From a virus: a stretch of DNA of 64,000 nucleotides. Under the pieces are notes generated by a model. It ran no database searches and had not been told where the DNA came from. It worked only from the letters and a program-made list of their open reading frames with translations. Below, piece after piece: positions 48,950 through 58,110 of the stretch (positions are counted from its first letter, which is position 1; each line of letters starts with the position of its first letter). The stretch is taken from IMG/VR virus record IMGVR_UViG_3300045988_108212, positions 93,286-157,285 of that record; one strand, written 5' to 3'. The translations under genes were made by a program, and so were the position numbers.

Positions 48950-50380
48950 ATGAAGAAAAAACAAAAGAATATCAGAGTATCATTTGTGGACGAACCTGCT
49001 GCTATGGATGTTACTGGTTCTATGGTTTATGTAAAAACAGATACTCACAACATTTTGATTGATGCTGGCTTACATCAGTCAAATAGTAAATACGATGATT
49101 TTCTTGTAAATAAGAGAAGATTCAAAGAATTTAAGCCAAAAGACATTGATTATATCTTTATTTCCCATCTCCATGCGGATCACGTATTTTTAAGCCCAAG
49201 ACTATATAAAGAGGGATGTTCTGCAAAAATGATTGTTGCACAAGACAATTATCGAATTATGCATCGAATGGCTGAAGATTCTGCTTATATTATTGAAAGA
49301 GATATAGAATTAATTAACAATCAACATGGGAAGAATTATGACCCATTGTATACTATTGAAGATGTAGAACGTACAATGAATTATGTTTCTGAATATCCTG
49401 TGATGGAAAAGATTGTTATTGATGATAATTTATCATTTATGCTTATTCCAAACGGACATTTGCTTGGTAGTGTGCAAATTTTATTGTATCTCAAACAGAA
49501 CAATGTTGAAAAGACTTTGTTGTTTACAGGAGATATTGGAAATTCTAAAGTACATAATTATTACGTTAATAAGTTTACTCCTGTTAATCATGCAGATTTA
49601 GTCATTGGAGAATCAACTTATGGAGATCGCCCAGATTTAAAAACTGGACAAAAAGAAAGAAATAATGATATCGAAAAGTTATTTTCTATTATCGCACAAC
49701 AGGTATGCGAAATGCATGGACAGGTAATTATACCAACTTTCGCAAATCACAGACTCCAATTTCTTACAACAATGATTTATCAGGTCATGAAAGATTATGA
49801 TTTTCCTTATAAAGTATACATTGATACACCGTTAGGGATTGATATTTTTAATGAATATCGCAAAATCTTATCGGGAGATGAACTAGAATTGTTTGATAAG
49901 GTCTTAAATTGGGATAACTTAGTGTTTGTGCGTGATGCAGAATCCAGTAAAGCACTGGTACATAGTAATGAACCATGTGTAATATTATCTACATCTGGGA
50001 TGTGTAATAATGGTAGAATTAGACACCATTTGAAAAAAGCAGTTTCAAATCCTAACGCTACTGTTCTATTTGTAGGATTCAGTACGCCAGGAAGTTTAGC
50101 TGCATTACTTAAAGACAAAAATGTTAAATCTATCTCTATAGATAATAAACAATATACTTGTAGATGTGCAAGTTTCTCACTCAAATCTCTTAGTGGACAT
50201 GCTCCATTCTGCCAACTTCTCGATTACTACTCTTCTATTAACACAAATCGAATTGTATTACATCATGGATCAGAAAAAGCAAAGTTAACATTAAAAGAGA
50301 AATTAACTTCTGAACTTGAAAAGAAATGCAAAAGTACACGAGTTATTATTGCAAATTCAAGTTTGAAAATTTCATTATAG
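48950..50380 (+). CDS. MBL-fold beta-CASP ribonuclease (RNase J / CPSF73-like)
   Basis: ILIDAG, HLHADH, NGHLLGS and TGDIG are MBL motifs 1-4. ESTYG, LSGHA and LHHGSE are beta-CASP motifs A-C. Confidence 0.8.
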   Translation: MKKKQKNIRVSFVDEPAAMDVTGSMVYVKTDTHNILIDAGLHQSNSKYDDFLVNKRRFKEFKPKDIDYIFISHLHADHVFLSPRLYKEGCSAKMIVAQDNYRIMHRMAEDSAYIIERDIELINNQHGKNYDPLYTIEDVERTMNYVSEYPVMEKIVIDDNLSFMLIPNGHLLGSVQILLYLKQNNVEKTLLFTGDIGNSKVHNYYVNKFTPVNHADLVIGESTYGDRPDLKTGQKERNNDIEKLFSIIAQQVCEMHGQVIIPTFANHRLQFLTTMIYQVMKDYDFPYKVYIDTPLGIDIFNEYRKILSGDELELFDKVLNWDNLVFVRDAESSKALVHSNEPCVILSTSGMCNNGRIRHHLKKAVSNPNATVLFVGFSTPGSLAALLKDKNVKSISIDNKQYTCRCASFSLKSLSGHAPFCQLLDYYSSINTNRIVLHHGSEKAKLTLKEKLTSELEKKCKSTRVIIANSSLKISL

Positions 50381-50389
50381 AAAGGACTG

Positions 50390-50992
50390 TTGAATATAGA
50401 ATTCGAACTTCCAATTAAAGATTTACTAAAACAATTTGGCGGTGGACTGCCAGATGTAGTAGATTATCAGTATTATGTAAATTTACAGCAGCGCAGAATT
50501 ATTGTAAATGAAGCCATTTGCGATACCATCCTTGAAAGTGCTGTTCTCCCACTTATTGAGATGGATAATGATGGTTCTGGAGAACCTATTACAATTATTC
50601 TTGATTCACTTGGTGGCGATGTATATAGAGGATTTAATCTTGTTGATGTTATTGAAAAGATTAAAACTCCACTTACGATTCACATTATGAGTATGGCAGC
50701 CAGTATGGGACTACATATTGCTATGGCAGGGCATAATAATCCAAATGCAAAAACCGTATGTCATCCATTTAGTGTAGGTTTACTTCATAGTGGATCAGAA
50801 TCTGTTAGCGGAACAGCTCATGCTGTAAGAGATTTATTTAATTTTTCACAGAAATACGAAGAGAAAATTAAACAGTATGTACTTTCACATTCTAATATTA
50901 ATGAAGAAATGTACGAAAAAGTATATCGTCAGGAATTGTGGCTTGATGCAGGTGAAATGCTTCGCCTTGGAATTGTAGACGAAATCATTTAA
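50390..50992 (+). CDS. ClpP-family (S14) serine protease
   Basis: ILDSLGGDVYRGFNLVDVI..IMSMAASMGLHIAMAG..LLHSGS..ELWLDAGEMLRLGIVDEI parallels ClpP I.SPGG..G..IyD / G.AASMG / HQP / D. The TTG start is uncertain. Confidence 0.8.
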   Translation: MNIEFELPIKDLLKQFGGGLPDVVDYQYYVNLQQRRIIVNEAICDTILESAVLPLIEMDNDGSGEPITIILDSLGGDVYRGFNLVDVIEKIKTPLTIHIMSMAASMGLHIAMAGHNNPNAKTVCHPFSVGLLHSGSESVSGTAHAVRDLFNFSQKYEEKIKQYVLSHSNINEEMYEKVYRQELWLDAGEMLRLGIVDEII

Positions 50993-51112
50993 TTTTTATT
51001 TATAAAAATGCTTAAACTCCCTCTATTTACACTATACCACATTTTTAATCAAGTGTGTAGAGGTATTTCACAAATAATTAAAAAATTCACATTAGTTTAA
51101 AGGAGGATAAAT

Positions 51113-51325
51113 ATGGCTAAAGCTTTATCTTATAAAAAATCTACTACTGTCACAGTTAAGGCGGCAGGTTATGTAGACATCGAAAAAGGAGTTATTGAAA
51201 CAGAAGAAGGAAATGTATCTTTCAAAGATTTATTAAAAGACTTTGATGGAAAATATGGTGAATTTCAGATGAAAGAAAAGACGGATGAAGATCTGGAATT
51301 AAACGTACCTTCTGATGAAGAATAG
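51113..51325 (+). CDS. hypothetical acidic protein
   Basis: AAAGGAGGATAAAT-ATG; 70 aa. Confidence 0.7.
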   Translation: MAKALSYKKSTTVTVKAAGYVDIEKGVIETEEGNVSFKDLLKDFDGKYGEFQMKEKTDEDLELNVPSDEE

Positions 51326-51341
51326 ATTGGAGTGAAGATTT

Positions 51342-52562
51342 ATCAGTATTAATTTTGAACAAGAATTAGCAAAAATCGGATTAACTCCAGAAACATATGA
51401 GGCTGTCTGTGCAGATATTGATTCAAAACTTGACGGTGTAGTTGATATCGACTGGCAGGAAATTAAAGAAAAATATCATGTACAATGTGCAAGCGATACA
51501 ATTCGCAAGTCCTCTTCTACTCCATTTGGTGGTAGATTCAGAGATGCTTATTTTCGCAGCAAGCAAAAATCTGGTAACGATGAAAAATCTGAAGATCAGT
51601 TATTATATGAAAAAATTCGTAAGGAACGACAGAAATTACAGACAGTTAATTTAGAGAGAAATCGTATTTCTCGCCAAGAAAGTCGTTTTGAGCTGTTCAA
51701 TGAATATGTGGCTGAAGCAATTCAGATGCTACCAAACCCAGACTTCAAACCTCTGAGAGTTGAAGATAAATCTAAAGGATATGTGCTTTCTATTGCAGAT
51801 ATTCATTATAATGCAGTATTTAAGAGTGTTAACAACGAATACTCTCCAGAAATTTGCATTGAAAGATTTCAAAAATTATTATCCAAGACCATTGTGCTGA
51901 TACATAGGCTTGGCATTTCTAAACTCAAAGTCGTCACATTAGGTGATGACATTCAGGGTATCTTACGTCTTACTGACGTTAAGCTCAACGACTCTGCCGT
52001 TGTTAAGGCAGTTGTTGATATCTCAAAAATCATTTCACATTTCTTAAATGAATTATCTAAATATGTTGAAATTGAATATTATTGCGTAGGTCGAAGCAAC
52101 CACAGCCAAACACGACCTATAGGAACAAGAGCTTCTGAATTATGTGCGGAAGACTTTGAATATATTATTGGAAATTATATCAATGAATGTTTGGCAAACA
52201 ATGATCGTGTTGAAGTACATCTTGATCTGGAATCTGATTGTATTCACGTTCCTGTCGCTGGCTTTAATATTGTTGCAATGCATGGGCATACCTTAAGAGG
52301 AATTGATAGCGCCATTCAAAATATGGAGTCTATCTATAACGAAGATATTGATTTCTTGTTAGTTGGTCATTACCATGGAATGCTTGAAAAATCTCTCAGC
52401 GAAGGTATTACATGCGATAAGGAAATTTTAGTGTGCCCAAGTTTTGTAGGTAGCGATCCTTATGCAGACAGTATTTTTAAAGGGTCAAAGAGTGCTTGCA
52501 AACTATTTGAGTTCACAGAACATGATGGGCATACAGCATCGTTCAAGATGCAATTAAATTAA
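51342..52562 (+). CDS. metallophosphoesterase with ~120-aa N-terminal extension; non-canonical start (ATC 51342 / ATT 51348?)
   Basis: Motifs SIADIHYN, LGDDIQG, GRSNHS, AMHGH and VGHYH are present. The frame is open from 51336 with a protein-like sequence, but the first ATG/GTG/TTG in frame is the GTG at 51708. GGAG lies at 51329. Confidence 0.6.
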   Translation: MSINFEQELAKIGLTPETYEAVCADIDSKLDGVVDIDWQEIKEKYHVQCASDTIRKSSSTPFGGRFRDAYFRSKQKSGNDEKSEDQLLYEKIRKERQKLQTVNLERNRISRQESRFELFNEYVAEAIQMLPNPDFKPLRVEDKSKGYVLSIADIHYNAVFKSVNNEYSPEICIERFQKLLSKTIVLIHRLGISKLKVVTLGDDIQGILRLTDVKLNDSAVVKAVVDISKIISHFLNELSKYVEIEYYCVGRSNHSQTRPIGTRASELCAEDFEYIIGNYINECLANNDRVEVHLDLESDCIHVPVAGFNIVAMHGHTLRGIDSAIQNMESIYNEDIDFLLVGHYHGMLEKSLSEGITCDKEILVCPSFVGSDPYADSIFKGSKSACKLFEFTEHDGHTASFKMQLN

Positions 52563-52789
52563 CATTTCGGCAGTCTTTTTTAGGATCAATCTCTCAAAAC
52601 AGGTCGGACAGACTGCCTATTATGAGCAGAGGATATTACTTCTTCTGCTCCATTTCTATAAATGATTTACGGGTACTCAAAAGTGGGTAGCCGTAGAAAT
52701 ATAAGAAATTATTAACAATTTACGATTTCTCTAAACTGAGAAATCGTGATAAAAACTATAAAATTACAAAGAATAAAGGAGAAATTATT

Positions 52790-53068
52790 ATGTTAAAAGG
52801 AACAGAATTAGTAGAAATTATTGCAGAAGCAAACGGAATTACTAAGAAAGAAGCAAAAATCGAATTAGACCGTGTTATTGAAGGAATTGCAACAGCAATC
52901 GAAAAAGGTGGAGTTCGTGTTTCTGGATTAGGAACATTTGAAGTTGTTGAACGTGCAGCAAGAACATGTAGAAACCCACAGACAGGTGAAATGATGGAAG
53001 TACCTGCTAAGAAAGCTCCAAAATTTAAAGCGGCTAAATCTTTAAAAGATGCTGTAGCGGCACAGTAA
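52790..53068 (+). CDS. HU-family DNA-binding protein
   Basis: MLKGTELVEIIAEANGITKKEAKIELDRVIEGIATAIEKGGVRVSGLGTFEVVERAARTCRNPQTGEMMEVPAKKAPKFKAAKSLKDAV is canonical HU/TF1. Confidence 0.9.
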   Translation: MLKGTELVEIIAEANGITKKEAKIELDRVIEGIATAIEKGGVRVSGLGTFEVVERAARTCRNPQTGEMMEVPAKKAPKFKAAKSLKDAVAAQ

Positions 53069-53080
53069 GGAAGTGAGTTC

Positions 53081-53650
53081 TTGTATAAAGAAAAATATAA
53101 CAAATATGAAGATCTACAAATCACTGATTTCGAAGACGAAATCGATCTTTTATTTACAGTCGACGATCAGTTGGAAGACGGTGATATGTGCGTAGATATT
53201 GTGGCGGATGATATGACTATCCGCCATTTATTATCACTGGCAATGACGGAGTTAGATTTTGCTCCAAGAAAAATTAGCATGGAAAAAGATCATGCATTAT
53301 ATTGCTTAGAAATGTTTGATGATGGAAGTCTAAGAGTATTTTTATATGATCAGTTTCATAATGACTCTTTACAAGGAACTTCTATTTATCTATATCAGAA
53401 TGATATTACACAGAATGTTGTTGAATTTATGTTAAATTTCTATGATGATTCAAATATTATTCTGTATGGATATAATGATGAAGATGATGATTTTACTACT
53501 GGTGATGTCAGTGATTTAGATTCAAAACAAATTAAAACAGATTCAGTTATTGATACGCTTGTCGGGTTAGGTGTATTGATAGAATTGCTGGACTTATCAA
53601 ATGACGATGGTAGCCACAGTGCTACTCTCTATTACTTAACAAGGTGGTGA
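53081..53650 (+). CDS. hypothetical very acidic protein
   Basis: 189-aa ORF with a TTG start after GGAAGTGAG. Confidence 0.55.
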   Translation: MYKEKYNKYEDLQITDFEDEIDLLFTVDDQLEDGDMCVDIVADDMTIRHLLSLAMTELDFAPRKISMEKDHALYCLEMFDDGSLRVFLYDQFHNDSLQGTSIYLYQNDITQNVVEFMLNFYDDSNIILYGYNDEDDDFTTGDVSDLDSKQIKTDSVIDTLVGLGVLIELLDLSNDDGSHSATLYYLTRW

Positions 53651-54540
53651 GAACAATAGGTAAATGTGAAAAGAAAAAATGTTTAGCTTGCGATAAAGAT
53701 ATTTCTGTACGACAGTTTTATTCAAGTAATTCACCGTTACACGCAGACCACCTAGTACCTTGGTGTAAAAAATGTATATTCAAAAACGTATTAGATTCTG
53801 ATGGCAGATTAGATAAAAACAAATGCAAATCTGTTTTACGCCAAATCGATAAACCATTTCATATCAAATATATCAATGCTGCAAGAGATGAATTATCAAG
53901 AAAAAATCAATCTTTAAATGGGGACGTTGATGATTACGGACAAAAAATTTTTCAGTTGTATATGAAAAATATTCAAAGTTTGCCACAGTTAAGAAAAGAA
54001 ACATATGCTGATAGCGATACAGAAGATCGGACATACGCTGAAAAATTAGCAGAATCTAATACAAAATCAATTCAAAAAAAGAAAGAGAAACAAACTTCTA
54101 ATACTTCTCAAAAAACCTTTTCTAAAATCTATAGCCAGAAATGGCGTGGGGAATACACGCAGGAAGATATAGATTATCTTGACAATTATTATCTTGGACT
54201 TGAAAGAGATTATAAAATCGTTACAGAAAATCATAGAGATTACGCAAAGAAAATTGCAAAAGCGTCGCTTCAGATGGACAAGACTTTTGATGATATGATG
54301 AACAACGTCGCAGGGGCAGACGCTAAGTATAAGGCTGCCAGAGAGGCATTTGACACACTGTCAAAGTCTGCCAAATTCAGCGAAAGTACCAGAAGTGTAA
54401 ATGATGTTGGTGCAAGTAGCTTCTCAAAAGTTTGTGCTATGGTAGAAAGTCATAACTGGATTCCTGAATATCATCCGATGGAAAAAGATACTGTCGATGA
54501 ATTAATTGACTATTTGAGTACAATTACAAAATCACTGTAA
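53644..54540 (+). CDS. putative terminase small subunit (N-terminal zinc ribbon)
   Basis: The call rests on position immediately upstream of the large terminase. CLACDK..WCKKC motif; no family match is asserted. Confidence 0.4.
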   Translation: MVRTIGKCEKKKCLACDKDISVRQFYSSNSPLHADHLVPWCKKCIFKNVLDSDGRLDKNKCKSVLRQIDKPFHIKYINAARDELSRKNQSLNGDVDDYGQKIFQLYMKNIQSLPQLRKETYADSDTEDRTYAEKLAESNTKSIQKKKEKQTSNTSQKTFSKIYSQKWRGEYTQEDIDYLDNYYLGLERDYKIVTENHRDYAKKIAKASLQMDKTFDDMMNNVAGADAKYKAAREAFDTLSKSAKFSESTRSVNDVGASSFSKVCAMVESHNWIPEYHPMEKDTVDELIDYLSTITKSL

Positions 54541-54552
54541 GAGGTAAATATC

Positions 54553-56298
54553 ATGGATATTTTAGATATAGACTTCGATGAAGTGAACAAACGTATGGCT
54601 CAAAGAGCCAGTGAATTGGGAGTTCAAGATATAGATCCTTCAGAAGATACCATAGATTACGAAGCATGGACAAAATTCTTTTCTTATTATCGGTATTACA
54701 TCGATGATTTTGCAACAGATATTTTAGGGATTGAACTCTTTCCTTTTCAAAGAGTTATATTGAGAGCAATGGCAAGAGGGCAAATGTCAGTATTGATTGC
54801 ATGTCGTGGACTCGGTAAGTCATGGATCGTAGCCGTCTTCTATATTTGCATCTCGATATTATATCCAAATGTCAAATGTGGAATTGCTTCAGGAAGTAAC
54901 CAACAGGCTAGAAACGTAATTATTCAGAAAATTAAGGGTGAGTTAATCAAGAATGGAACTATCGCAAAAGAGATAGTTATGCCAATTCATACTTCTCCTG
55001 ATGATTGTTATGTTGAATTTAATGGTGGCGGTGAAATTCGTGCCATTACTGTTGCACAAGATCGTGGTGGAGAATCTGCTCGTTCCTGGCGTTTTAATTA
55101 TTTATTGATTGATGAAGCTCGTCTGGTTAAAGATGATATCATTGAAACAATTTTGATTCCTATGACAAAAACCAAACGTCAAAATGCTTTAAAATGGCAC
55201 AAAAATGAAAAGGGTAAAGTTATTTTTATCTCTTCTGCTTATCTGAAAACAAGCGGATTATACAAGAGATTTAAATATCATTTTGAGCAAATGTGCTCTG
55301 GGAACAAGAGGTATGTTGCAATTTGTTTCCCTTATCAAGTTGGTGTACAAGCTGGTCTTTTTGATATGGAAGACATTGAGCAAGAGTTATCTAAACCTTC
55401 TATGACAAAAGACAAATTCGCTTATGAATATGAGGGAATTTTCGTTGGTTCCAGCGGAGAAAGTTATTACCCATATGAACTTACAATGCCTTGTAGAAAA
55501 CTTGAATATGGCGAATCAGATCAACCTCGAAAATCTCAATCTATCTATGTCATCACCCATGACGTAGCTGTATCTAATGAAAAGAATTCGGATAACGCAT
55601 GTACTCATGTTATCAAACTGAAAATGAGACCAAATGGTACTTATACAAAATCTGTCGTGTATACAAAAGTCATGAATGGTATACCTTTGAATAAACAAAG
55701 AGATTTCTTAAGAGAACTCATTCATATACATTTCCCTAACACAAAGAAACTGGTTATAGATGATAACGGAGTTGGTGCAGGTTTACCAACAATGTTTTAT
55801 GAAAGTTGGGAATATACAGATCCTAAAACGAAAAACACAGTAGAATATCCGCCATTGATAAAAGACGATGATGAAGATGGATTTCTACTTGATAACGCAG
55901 TTCCATTAATTCGTGGTGTTCATGCGTCAAATGAATTTCATAAAACATTCTATCCTTACATGAAATCATGCTTCGAGGATAGATCTCTTGAATTACTATC
56001 AACCTCTGAAGAAGTTGACTCTCTGTATAAGAACGGAGAGATTACTGCGGAACAATACGCACAGCATGTAGAGCATGACATCTTGCAGAGTGAATTAAGC
56101 AATATTAAGATGGATTATTCTGAACATGGAAATGTTCAATATGTTCGTATTGTCAAGGGGCAAAAGAGAGATAGAGCTACTTCTCTTTGTTATGGATTAT
56201 CTGTTATTTATGAATGGGAAGAAGAAAATAGATACACATTATTTAACAATAATAAAAGTCATGGTTATGACTTACTTAATGAATATACATATGTTTAA
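54553..56298 (+). CDS. terL: terminase large subunit
   Basis: Walker A IACRGLGKSW, Walker B LLIDEARLV and a C-terminal nuclease-like half. The gene order terS-terL-portal is consistent. Confidence 0.9.
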   Translation: MDILDIDFDEVNKRMAQRASELGVQDIDPSEDTIDYEAWTKFFSYYRYYIDDFATDILGIELFPFQRVILRAMARGQMSVLIACRGLGKSWIVAVFYICISILYPNVKCGIASGSNQQARNVIIQKIKGELIKNGTIAKEIVMPIHTSPDDCYVEFNGGGEIRAITVAQDRGGESARSWRFNYLLIDEARLVKDDIIETILIPMTKTKRQNALKWHKNEKGKVIFISSAYLKTSGLYKRFKYHFEQMCSGNKRYVAICFPYQVGVQAGLFDMEDIEQELSKPSMTKDKFAYEYEGIFVGSSGESYYPYELTMPCRKLEYGESDQPRKSQSIYVITHDVAVSNEKNSDNACTHVIKLKMRPNGTYTKSVVYTKVMNGIPLNKQRDFLRELIHIHFPNTKKLVIDDNGVGAGLPTMFYESWEYTDPKTKNTVEYPPLIKDDDEDGFLLDNAVPLIRGVHASNEFHKTFYPYMKSCFEDRSLELLSTSEEVDSLYKNGEITAEQYAQHVEHDILQSELSNIKMDYSEHGNVQYVRIVKGQKRDRATSLCYGLSVIYEWEEENRYTLFNNNKSHGYDLLNEYTYV

Positions 56299-56321
56299 AA
56301 ATTACAGGAAGGAGGTGCTAT

Positions 56322-57914
56322 GTGGCAACAAAAAATAAAACAGATGCACAAACACAATCATATGTTACAGAATTTATTCAGGCATATAATAGTCAAAGTG
56401 CAGCTGGACAATCATTCTTCTTGTCTCCTCAATTGCTGAATAGTACATTGAAGAATGTCAATATGAAAGGCGCAATTTTTCCAAGAGAAAAGATTGAAAG
56501 AATGGTTTTAGCACCTCATCAATTCGAACAAGAATTGCGACAGCTTTCATATTCATATTACAATTCGATTTCTATATACAGACATCTCATAGACTTTACG
56601 TCTTCTATATTAGATTTTGATTGGGAACCAATTCCTTACACATTGGACGGAAAACCAATCACGGCATCTGATTATCATTCAAAAAGATTTCAAAAAGATT
56701 ATAAAGTTGTAACTAATTTTTTTAATCGCTTTAATGTTAAAAGAGAATTTAATAAAGTTATGTTCAATATTTCTAATTATGATACATACTATACATCACT
56801 TCGTGAATTCGATGATCATGCATATTTACAGGAACTGCCTGCTGAATATTGTATGATTGACGCAGATTCATATCTTGGATACCTCTTTTCTTTTAACTTA
56901 TCTTATTTTGTTCAAAGCGGTGTCGATATTGATGGATATGCCCCATGCTTTAAAGCTATGTTTAATAATGCTTTACAATCATCTGAAAATACTTATGGGT
57001 CAAATTTAGCGAAACATAATGGACGATGGGTATATTATCAGCAAATGCATCCTGATGATGCTTGGGTATTTAAATACAATAACAATTTTGCAGGATCAGT
57101 TCCACCAGTATTAGACATGTTTTTAGATTATTCCAAATTAAGTAAGTTCAAAGATCTTGAGGAAGCCAAAAAAGAACTTGAGGCGTATAAGGTCATCTTT
57201 GCTTCTGTCCCACGCCTACAAAATGGAAAAATGGGAAACAAAGTGGATGATTTTGCGATCAGCGCTGAAGAACTCGGTAAGTTTATTGCAACTGTAAAAG
57301 AAAGTCTTGGTTCTAATCTTGGATCAAAATCTGCCGTAGATTTTAAAGCTGCACCATTGGAGAATTTTAAAATGTTCGACTTCTCCCCTTCTGCTTCAGA
57401 GAAAAACTTATTAGAAACAGAGATGAATAACATGGTTCGTGAATCTGGTATGGCAGATGCAATTCTACAAGGCGGTAACAACGTATCGTCTATCAATTTA
57501 TATAAACAGACAATCTCTGCAAAAATGGAAAAATTATATCCTCAATTTGCATCATTCTGTGAATATCATATCAATAAAAACACAGATAAATATAAATTCA
57601 AAATTAAATTTGTTGGAACAATGTTTGACCGTGAAGATCGTAGAAAGGCAGCTAATGAAGATATGGAAAGAGGAATTATCACCCCTGCTATATTCTCTTC
57701 AAGAGGTATTCAAATTACCGATGCAGCTAATACGATGAATTTTATGCATGGACTTGGATTTCCTCAAAGCTTTACGCCTATTCAAACAGCATCTACGATG
57801 TCAAGCGAAGATAAGAAATCTTCTGGTCGAACAAAATTATCAGATGATCAAATCACCGATTCTGGAGAACAGACAAGAAATATCGGTGCAAATGAAGATA
57901 AAAAGGAGGCGTAA
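56322..57914 (+). CDS. portal protein
   Basis: 530 aa, directly after terL. GTG start after GGAGGTG. Called from size and position. Confidence 0.7.
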   Translation: MATKNKTDAQTQSYVTEFIQAYNSQSAAGQSFFLSPQLLNSTLKNVNMKGAIFPREKIERMVLAPHQFEQELRQLSYSYYNSISIYRHLIDFTSSILDFDWEPIPYTLDGKPITASDYHSKRFQKDYKVVTNFFNRFNVKREFNKVMFNISNYDTYYTSLREFDDHAYLQELPAEYCMIDADSYLGYLFSFNLSYFVQSGVDIDGYAPCFKAMFNNALQSSENTYGSNLAKHNGRWVYYQQMHPDDAWVFKYNNNFAGSVPPVLDMFLDYSKLSKFKDLEEAKKELEAYKVIFASVPRLQNGKMGNKVDDFAISAEELGKFIATVKESLGSNLGSKSAVDFKAAPLENFKMFDFSPSASEKNLLETEMNNMVRESGMADAILQGGNNVSSINLYKQTISAKMEKLYPQFASFCEYHINKNTDKYKFKIKFVGTMFDREDRRKAANEDMERGIITPAIFSSRGIQITDAANTMNFMHGLGFPQSFTPIQTASTMSSEDKKSSGRTKLSDDQITDSGEQTRNIGANEDKKEA

Positions 57915-57915
57915 C

Positions 57916-58110
57916 ATGTTCATTCGTAATCCTTTATCAATAAAACAGAAAACAATTAAAGTTAAAGATAATGATGTTTATGAATTTTTATCAAGGCATG
58001 GTATTACACCTCTTGGAAAAGATGAAACTACCTGGTTCTATTCTGATAATGATCGTACTGCATCATTATTAAAACAATATAGAAAAGGTGGTGATATAGA
58101 AAATGAGTGA
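57916..58110 (+). CDS. hypothetical small protein
   Basis: AAAAGGAGGCGTAAC-ATG (MFIRNPLSIK...). The ORF-track frame starts inside the portal gene. Confidence 0.6.
   Translation: MFIRNPLSIKQKTIKVKDNDVYEFLSRHGITPLGKDETTWFYSDNDRTASLLKQYRKGGDIENE

Noticed and set aside
52756-53124. A 122-aa minus-strand ORF antisense to the HU gene.
   Set aside because: It is fully antisense to a canonical HU coding sequence. It has a hydrophobic low-complexity translation and no SD.
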